Assembly (NCBI GenBank): GCA_934098705.1
Contig: CAKOPC010000002.1
Location: 26,990 to 90,989 of the forward strand
Direction of reading: 5' to 3'
DNA: 64,000 bases
Origin: an uncultured Bacilli bacterium
Lineage (GTDB): Bacteria; Bacillota_I; Bacilli_A; RF39; UBA660
The translations under genes and the position numbers were made by a program. Shown in pieces: positions 57,561-64,000 of this stretch (positions are counted from its first letter, which is position 1; every line of letters starts with the position of its first letter). Under the pieces are notes generated by a model. The model did not search any database. It had not been told where the DNA came from and worked only from the letters and a program-made list of their open reading frames with translations.

Positions 57561-58750
57561 AGGTTTAACAAAAACTTTACAAGTATTTATTAACCTTCTT
57601 TATCTCTTCATTAAGATTACTTTTTAATATATAATCTTTAAATCCATCTTCAATGTATTTTGAAACTAAAAACTTTTTATCATCATTAATAGTTATTAAT
57701 ACTGGTGTTTTAAATTTTTTTATAGTTTGTAATTTCTTTAAAGTATCATATCCACTTTGAAGCCCCATCTCATCATCCACTATTATCATGTCATACTCTT
57801 CCCCATTTTTTATCTTCTCTATCGCACCTTTTCCATATAATACCATTGTTACATCTATACCAAGTTTTATTAATTGTTCCTCCATCTGTTTGGCTTCGTT
57901 TAGTTTTTCGTTTACTATTAATATTTTTCTTTTTCCTCTTGTATCTATTTGATTAAAATTTATTTTATCTTTATTTTCTTTTATTTTTTGGTCTATTATT
58001 ATTAGGTACTCACTACCTTTATTTATTTCACTTCTTACTATTAATGTTCCTCCAAGTACTTTTATTATCTTATTTGCCATTTCTATTCCAACATCTACTT
58101 TATCAAGTTTTTTAAAGTCTTCTTGTTCCATATAACTTGCACTTAATATTCTATTTACTTCCTCTACTCCAATACCACATCCTGAATCACTTATTGATAT
58201 TATTAATCTACATACATCATATTTTACTATAGAGTTTACCTTTATTTCTATAAAACCCTTTTTAGTTTGTTTTAATGAATTATTTAATATACTAATTAAT
58301 ACTTGTTTTAATTTTACTTTATCGCCATAAAGCTTGGCATCTATTAAATCTGTATAATTAGTCCTTAACTCAACATCACCTTTTATCTCTTCCTGTACTC
58401 TTTTTTCTATTTCTTTAAATAATAGTTTTACATCATAAAATCCAAGAGCTAACTTTATATTTGATATATCCATATTTGATATATCAAATACATTATTTGA
58501 TAAAAGCATTAATTCTTTAGAACTTGTATTTACCTGTTTTGCCATTTCTTTTAATTTCTCTTTATTATTTTCATTTAACATAAGATTACTTATATCTTGA
58601 ATATTTTTTATTGGTTCTTTAGTTTTCTGTTGTAACTCAAATAATATATTTAGCTTTTCTTCATTTGTTTTATCAATTAGTTTTCTATTTTCATTTAATA
58701 TTTCAATAACCTTTACATCTGGATTTTCTATTGTAAAATACATAATAAAT
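57561..58750. repeat. Large direct repeat, copy 2
   Basis: See copy 1. Similarity ends abruptly where the N-terminal sensor-domain coding regions begin. Confidence 0.8.
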
Positions 58751-59364
58751 AAAACAAAAGATTCAGTAACCGTAATCATTGTAAAACCTGGATATATTTT
58801 TTGAATTACTGAAGCAACACCAAGTCCTACAATTAAAACAATAAGTGGTAAATATTTTCTTATTTTTAATGATTTATAATTTTTTGCCATAAAATAAATA
58901 CTTACAACTATAGAAATTAATGAAGCAACATAAGTTGCAACAATAGATGGCCCTTTAGAATACATATATTTATCAATAACTATATTAAGAGGAAGCACAA
59001 TAATTAATACTGAAAAGATAGAGGTGAATATCAAAATATAATTTGAAATTCTTTTTTCATGTATTTCATAGTTTTCATTTCCTAATGAAACACATATTGC
59101 ATATTTTAAAAACAAAGTACAAAAGAAAAGTAAATACAATAAGTAAGACTTATTAACTAATAAATTAAAGAAACTATCTGGATTTGAGTACAAACCATTA
59201 TAAATACATAAAAGTTCAATTAAAAGTCCAAATATATTTAAACTAAGAAGATTATTAAATATATTAAGTTCGTAAGAATCAATGTGTTTCTTTTTCTTAT
59301 ACATAAATGTCAAAACAATAATGTATAAAAGACTCATAATTAAAAAGTGAGAACTATTATTCAT
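57577..59364 (-). CDS. Polytopic sensor histidine-kinase-like / receiver hybrid protein, copy A (no His in the DHp region)
   Basis: 595 aa. Divergent N-terminal 6-7 TM sensor region; from FTIENPDVKV onward nearly identical to copy B, with the last ~230 aa identical. The only His of copy B's linker (HTIENP) is Phe here. Confidence 0.7.
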   Translation of the reverse strand: MNNSSHFLIMSLLYIIVLTFMYKKKKHIDSYELNIFNNLLSLNIFGLLIELLCIYNGLYSNPDSFFNLLVNKSYLLYLLFFCTLFLKYAICVSLGNENYEIHEKRISNYILIFTSIFSVLIIVLPLNIVIDKYMYSKGPSIVATYVASLISIVVSIYFMAKNYKSLKIRKYLPLIVLIVGLGVASVIQKIYPGFTMITVTESFVLFIMYFTIENPDVKVIEILNENRKLIDKTNEEKLNILFELQQKTKEPIKNIQDISNLMLNENNKEKLKEMAKQVNTSSKELMLLSNNVFDISNMDISNIKLALGFYDVKLLFKEIEKRVQEEIKGDVELRTNYTDLIDAKLYGDKVKLKQVLISILNNSLKQTKKGFIEIKVNSIVKYDVCRLIISISDSGCGIGVEEVNRILSASYMEQEDFKKLDKVDVGIEMANKIIKVLGGTLIVRSEINKGSEYLIIIDQKIKENKDKINFNQIDTRGKRKILIVNEKLNEAKQMEEQLIKLGIDVTMVLYGKGAIEKIKNGEEYDMIIVDDEMGLQSGYDTLKKLQTIKKFKTPVLITINDDKKFLVSKYIEDGFKDYILKSNLNEEIKKVNKYL

Positions 59365-59425
59365 GAAATTACACTTCCTTTATTTTACAAGTAAATTATA
59401 TCACAAAGTCAAAAAAAAGAAAATC

Positions 59426-61390
59426 TTATTTCGTTAAGATTCTCTTCATTTCTTTTTTATCTTTATTATTTTTTAAATCTTCGTAAGAATTATAAACATC
59501 TCTTGCTAAAACACACTTATTAGAAATACCTTCCTCAATTAAAGCTAAAAAGCTTCTTTTTAGAGTTGGAGATATAACAAATGATTCTTTATTATCTCTT
59601 ACTCTAAAATATAATTTATCTAAAACATCTGCTCCAAAAGCTTTAACACATCTATTTAATGCTGAATATAAAACTTTATCTTTATCAAATGAAACATTAA
59701 TTTGTGGTTCAATATGAGCTACATATTTTACATTACCATTATCATTTACAGTTACAACTTCACAAGACATAATCTTTTTAGTATCTTTTAAAATTTCATT
59801 AGCTATTTTATAATTTGGAATATTTCCATCTCTATTACTTATTCTACCCTTTACATAAATATGTGAAAACTTATCAATATAACCATATACATTTAAGTTA
59901 GCCCAAGTTTTTCCATAAGCATCTTTAATAAAGAACGCCTTATCTCCTTCTTTATTATTTACATAACCTTCCATAGTACATGGTGAATTAGCAACAAGAT
60001 TACCTGGTTCCATAAAATCACAATATGTACCATCTTTCCTTAAGGCTTTTATATTAACCATTCCATATGTTGACATACCAACAGGTTCTTTTATACCAAA
60101 ATTTTTAAATAATTTAGTCTGCAAAGCTCTATACATTGTAATAAAAATACCACCATGCTCAGAGTCCCCCCCTGCTATACTCATACATACAACAGATGTT
60201 GGAAGTTTTATAATATCACGTCCTGCATCAAGACTTCTAAGCCATTTATTTAGTACTTTTTCTTCATTTGCATCAAGACCTTCACCAATACACATAGGGC
60301 ATATTAAAAACGGAAGTTTAATATTTTTATATCTAGGATCCCACATTTGTTTTTTCATATTATAAATAAATACTGATCTTGAAGTTAAAAATACATTAGG
60401 TTTATTAATTAAAAGTGATTCGAATATAAAATCTTTATCGTTTATAGGTTCAAGAGCAACTATACCACTTTGCATAGCAACATCACTTACTCCAGACATA
60501 AAATCAGTATCAGACATTGTTCTAACTAAAGATAACATAACCATACCCTTCATAGATGGTATTTTAGATATTTCACTATCATGATATCTTCCCATAGTAA
60601 TATAACTTCTTACTCTATGAACTAATCCTTTTGGTTTATTTGAAATAGTAGAACCACTTGTATAAGTTGTTGTAAAGTCGCTATCAAGTGTTGTTACATC
60701 ATAAATTTCTCCCTTTACATTATCACCCTTAGTCAAAAATTCATCAAATGACATAATATTATCAAATGAAGATAAAGTATCATTATAAGATTTTTCATCC
60801 AATTTATAAAATTTATCAGTTATTTGAGCATATGGATTGCCATTTTTTAATGAATGATTAAGTGGAATAGGAATTATTGTTTTAGGAACCTCTAACATCT
60901 TTAACGTTTCACTAAATGAAACAAAATTCTTATCACTTACAAATATTAAATTAGATGTTGCATTATCAACAATATTTTTTAAATATTCATGATCCATATC
61001 TGCTGCTAAAAGATTAACTCTAGCACCAATTATACTTGCAGCACCCATTATAAATGGAAATTCAGGTGTATTTTCAAGACAACATACAATTTCCTCTCCC
61101 TTTTTTACACCATTTGCCTTCAATGCTTTAGCATACTTATATGAATAAGCAAAAAAATCTTTATAAGAAAAATTAGTACCTCTATATTTTATATAAGGTG
61201 CCTCCAAATTATTTTTATTTCTTTCCCATACTTCTTTAATCCAAGACCAATTATGATTTTCATCAATATCTTTTAATATTTTTTGATTTTTCTTATTACA
61301 ATCACTACTATCATAATAATTATTATTTGGCATGCTCTTAACTTTTTCTATTTCTAAAACAAAATTTTTAAACAATTCTTCATTTTTCAT
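59426..61390 (-). CDS. Adenylate-forming enzyme (AMP-binding / ANL superfamily), copy A (divergent paralog of 55423..57402)
   Basis: 654 aa. AMP-binding core motif YTSGSTISNKPKGLVHRV; similar length and domain order to copy B but strongly diverged in sequence. Confidence 0.7.
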   Translation of the reverse strand: MKNEELFKNFVLEIEKVKSMPNNNYYDSSDCNKKNQKILKDIDENHNWSWIKEVWERNKNNLEAPYIKYRGTNFSYKDFFAYSYKYAKALKANGVKKGEEIVCCLENTPEFPFIMGAASIIGARVNLLAADMDHEYLKNIVDNATSNLIFVSDKNFVSFSETLKMLEVPKTIIPIPLNHSLKNGNPYAQITDKFYKLDEKSYNDTLSSFDNIMSFDEFLTKGDNVKGEIYDVTTLDSDFTTTYTSGSTISNKPKGLVHRVRSYITMGRYHDSEISKIPSMKGMVMLSLVRTMSDTDFMSGVSDVAMQSGIVALEPINDKDFIFESLLINKPNVFLTSRSVFIYNMKKQMWDPRYKNIKLPFLICPMCIGEGLDANEEKVLNKWLRSLDAGRDIIKLPTSVVCMSIAGGDSEHGGIFITMYRALQTKLFKNFGIKEPVGMSTYGMVNIKALRKDGTYCDFMEPGNLVANSPCTMEGYVNNKEGDKAFFIKDAYGKTWANLNVYGYIDKFSHIYVKGRISNRDGNIPNYKIANEILKDTKKIMSCEVVTVNDNGNVKYVAHIEPQINVSFDKDKVLYSALNRCVKAFGADVLDKLYFRVRDNKESFVISPTLKRSFLALIEEGISNKCVLARDVYNSYEDLKNNKDKKEMKRILTK

Positions 61391-61458
61391 ACATTATTCC
61401 CCCTTAACAAAAGTTAACTGCTATTATAACACTTTAATAAAAAAATTTCAAATTAAAG

Positions 61459-61498
61459 CCATATTCTGTCAAAATAAGGTCGCATTCTGTCAAAAATA
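61459..61498. promoter_or_regulatory. Doubled operator-like motif in the divergent intergenic region (adenylate-forming enzyme gene A <- -> radical SAM gene)
   Basis: CCATATTCTGTCAAAATA (61459-61476) and CGCATTCTGTCAAAAATA (61481-61498), 21-bp period, 70-108 bp upstream of the ATG at 61390. Consensus with the 57.5-kb copy: ATATTCTGtcAAAATA. Confidence 0.45.
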
Positions 61499-61584
61499 AT
61501 CTTTAATTTACAAATATATAATAACATTATCTAAATAAAAATTCAAATAAATATGTTATAATAACTAAAAAAGGTGATGTTTTT

Positions 61585-62478
61585 ATGGAAAAAGAATTTT
61601 TAAACTGCAATCTATGTCCTAGAAATTGTAATATAAATAGATATGAAACATTAGGTTTTTGCATGGCTCCCCCTAAAATAAAAATAGCAAAAGCAGACTT
61701 ATTCTTTTATGAAGAACCTTGTATTTCTGGTAGTAATGGTAGTGGTGCTATATTTTTTTCACACTGCAATTTAAAATGTATATTTTGTCAAAATTATGAA
61801 ATATCAACAAATAATATAGGGAAAGAAATAACTATAGATAAATTTAGTGATATTATGATTAATCTTCAAAATAAAGGGGCACTAAATATAAATTTAGTAA
61901 CACCAACTATGTATATACCATTAATTAAAAAAGGAATTATAAAAGCCAAAGAAAAAGGTCTTAATATACCTATTATATATAATACAAGTGGTTATGAAAA
62001 TGTTGAAGCTTTAAAAACACTTGATGGACTTATTGATGTATATCTTCCTGATTTTAAGTATTATAATGATAATCTTGCTTATAAATATTCAAATACAAAA
62101 AACTATAAAGAAACTGTTAAAAGTGCAATAGAGGAAATGTACAAACAAACAGGTAAAATAACATTTGATAAAAATGGCATAATTAAAAAAGGCGTTATTG
62201 TAAGACACTTAATGCTTCCTAATATGGAAGATGATTCTAAAAAAATTATCGAATACTTGTATAAAAAATACAAAGATAATATCTTTTTAAGTATAATGAA
62301 CCAGTATACTGTAATAAAACCTTTAAAGTATGAAGAATTAAATAAAACTATAGAGGAAAAAGTATATGATGATGTAATAAACTATGCTTATGACCTTGGC
62401 ATACGTAATGCTTATATTCAGGAAGGTGGAACACAAAAAAAGAGCTTTATTCCTGATTTTAAAAATCAAGAATTCTAA
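61585..62478 (+). CDS. Radical SAM protein with N-terminal Cys-rich extension (PflX-like / putative glycyl-radical-enzyme-activase-like family)
   Basis: 297 aa. N-terminal C.LCPR.C...R.....G.C pattern (CNLCPRNCNINRYETLGFC) followed by radical SAM CxxxCxxC (HCNLKCIFCQN); RBS AAAGG upstream. Confidence 0.65.
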   Translation: MEKEFLNCNLCPRNCNINRYETLGFCMAPPKIKIAKADLFFYEEPCISGSNGSGAIFFSHCNLKCIFCQNYEISTNNIGKEITIDKFSDIMINLQNKGALNINLVTPTMYIPLIKKGIIKAKEKGLNIPIIYNTSGYENVEALKTLDGLIDVYLPDFKYYNDNLAYKYSNTKNYKETVKSAIEEMYKQTGKITFDKNGIIKKGVIVRHLMLPNMEDDSKKIIEYLYKKYKDNIFLSIMNQYTVIKPLKYEELNKTIEEKVYDDVINYAYDLGIRNAYIQEGGTQKKSFIPDFKNQEF

Positions 62479-62529
62479 GCTCAAATCTATATTAACGCTA
62501 AAATGGTAGCAGTTAGCGTCTACACTATC

Positions 62530-63143
62530 TTATGGCATATAGTATGTTTTTGTTCCACTTTTAAGATCAAATATTATAGAACCATACTTACTTGTTTCAA
62601 AATATGTTAAATTAAGCTTATTTAAACTATCAATAGTTTCCTTTGAAGGATGATTATATTTATTATTAAAAGATGCAGATATGATGGAATATTTAGGATT
62701 TGTTACCCTTAAAAAATCATAAGAACTACTCGTATTTGAACCATGATGTGCTAACTTTAAAATATATAAAGAAGATAAATCATAATTATTAATTAAATCC
62801 TCTTCAACACTTTTAGGTATATCCCCAGTAAATAGCATCTTTTTATTATACATATTTAAATATAAAACAATACTTGATGAGTTTTCATCATTATTATTTT
62901 TATTCAAACTATATAATTTTATACCATTAAAATCAATTATATTACCTTTATATAATTTTTTAACTGGTATTTTTTTAAACTTGATGCCTTAATAAGTTTA
63001 TTTTCCAAATAATTTAGCTTATTACTGTTAATATATATGTTATCTATTTTAAAATTATTAACCAAATAAATACTATCTCCCATATGATCATAATCTCCAT
63101 GTAGTTGTTGTAAAAAAGTAAGTCGAATAAAAAGAACTATCAA
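62530..63143 (-). pseudogene. Remnant of a ComEC/Rec2-type metallo-beta-lactamase domain, split into two ORFs and lacking the N-terminal channel domain
   Basis: ORF 63143..62937 carries LHGDYDHMGD (HxHxDH). ORF 62907..62530, in a different frame, carries MLFTGDI ... KLAHHGSNTSSS ... NKYNHPSKETI, typical of the ComEC C-terminal MBL domain. An A7/T7 homopolymer at 62961-62967 lies in ORF 1 (63143..62937), ~25 nt before its stop, i.e. upstream of the frame break on the minus strand. Confidence 0.5.
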
Positions 63144-63161
63144 AGCTGATAATTCCTATTT

Positions 63162-63809
63162 CTATAATTTTTTATTTTTTTGTGATTGTTTGACTGTTTC
63201 AAATATGTGATTTGCATCTTGCTTTAACAAATCTGGATTCTTAACGTATTCTAACAATTTTTCTTTAGAATAATTTTCTAGCATGTATTTTCCTAAAGTA
63301 TATGAGTAACTATACCCGTTTTCTGTTCCATTAAAATCACTTTTTAATTTTTCAAAATCACAATATTCTAAACTAACTGGTGAATAATCTTGATTACTTA
63401 GATTAGTTGCCAATGCTTCCCAATACCAACTAACACCCTTAGAATTTTCATTCCACTCTTGCTGACATGAATGCACAAACTCATGTAGTATGCATTTTAT
63501 AAATTCTTCCATATCCATATCTTCATGTTCTTTAGATTTTCTTGCTTCAGACATTTCTAACAAGTTAATATTACCATCATATGTATCAGCACACATCCAT
63601 TCTTTAAATTCTTTTACAAATGGCAACAAATGTTTCTTGTATTTTTCTCTATCAGTAAAAATCACTACTTTCTTTTTTTGAGAAAGTTTTTCAAGTTCAA
63701 AAAATTCTAAAATTTCAATGGTATTGTTTTCTAATGTTGAAATTATATTTGACATATAATCAATCTCTTTGTCATATTCAATAGTAAAATTACTAAGTTC
63801 GATTTTCAT
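63162..63809 (-). CDS. Hypothetical protein with HExxH zinc-metallopeptidase-like motif
   Basis: 215 aa; ILHEFVHSCQQEW ... WEALA suggests a gluzincin-type HExxH...E arrangement; no further family assignment possible. Confidence 0.4.
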   Translation of the reverse strand: MKIELSNFTIEYDKEIDYMSNIISTLENNTIEILEFFELEKLSQKKKVVIFTDREKYKKHLLPFVKEFKEWMCADTYDGNINLLEMSEARKSKEHEDMDMEEFIKCILHEFVHSCQQEWNENSKGVSWYWEALATNLSNQDYSPVSLEYCDFEKLKSDFNGTENGYSYSYTLGKYMLENYSKEKLLEYVKNPDLLKQDANHIFETVKQSQKNKKL

Positions 63810-64000
63810 CTAATCATCTCCAAATCTATATCTATTATATCATACTAATTCATATTCTCTAGCTATTATTCTCTCATCAGAACAATATTTAATTATATAT
63901 TCATTATCTTGTTTGCAAATGATAATTCCTACTGTAGCATTTTCTTCAATTGTTTTTATATTCTTATCTATATAATTCATATAAGTCATAATTTGACCAG

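Noticed and set aside
63490-63681. 63-aa plus-strand ORF inside the HExxH gene
   Set aside because: Antisense shadow ORF.
1-64000. Searched for CRISPR arrays, IS elements/transposases, integrases, rRNA genes and toxin-antitoxin pairs
   Set aside because: No regularly spaced short direct repeats with unique spacers, no transposase- or integrase-like ORFs, and no rRNA-like conserved stretches were seen. The only large repeat is the intragenic kinase-core duplication. The only mobile-looking unit is the R-M cassette.

Overview
Extremely AT-rich chromosomal segment (roughly 25-28% GC, judged by eye) from a spore-forming, anaerobic low-GC Firmicute (Clostridia-like; a sigG orthologue is present, only a class III anaerobic RNR is seen, and a SleB-like hydrolase and a SpoVIF-like small protein are present). 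Most of the window is housekeeping, almost all on the minus strand. In order: ABC transporter, LtaS-like synthase, YihY, a degenerate-GGDEF sensor, gatCAB (on the minus strand the order is gatC-gatA-gatB), ruvAB, der, tig, murT-gatD, ftsA-ftsZ, a compact restriction-modification cassette, PAP2 phosphatase, a LiaF-like/DUF4097-like pair, a thiol-redox cluster with cysteine desulfurase, an EndoIII-like glycosylase, RNase J, rluD, lspA, a trxB-like reductase, and nrdD-nrdG plus a degenerate NrdD paralog. Then comes an AT-rich block of hypotheticals next to a tRNA-Trp, followed by cell-wall hydrolases, a UDG-like protein, metK behind a SAM-I riboswitch, rnc, yidD, a metal-binding lipoprotein, hsp20 and sigG. 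The most unusual locus is at 53.5-61.5 kb: two tandem operons, each an adenylate-forming enzyme plus a polytopic sensor kinase-like/receiver hybrid. In these hybrids the expected phospho-acceptor histidine is absent, and their signalling cores form a ~1.2 kb near-identical repeat. A shared doubled operator-like motif sits ~70-110 bp upstream of both operons, with sigG on one side and a divergent radical SAM gene on the other. No CRISPR arrays, transposases or rRNA genes were seen. The one tRNA was called by eye. All domain calls rest on motifs read directly from the translated ORFs; no database searches were run.
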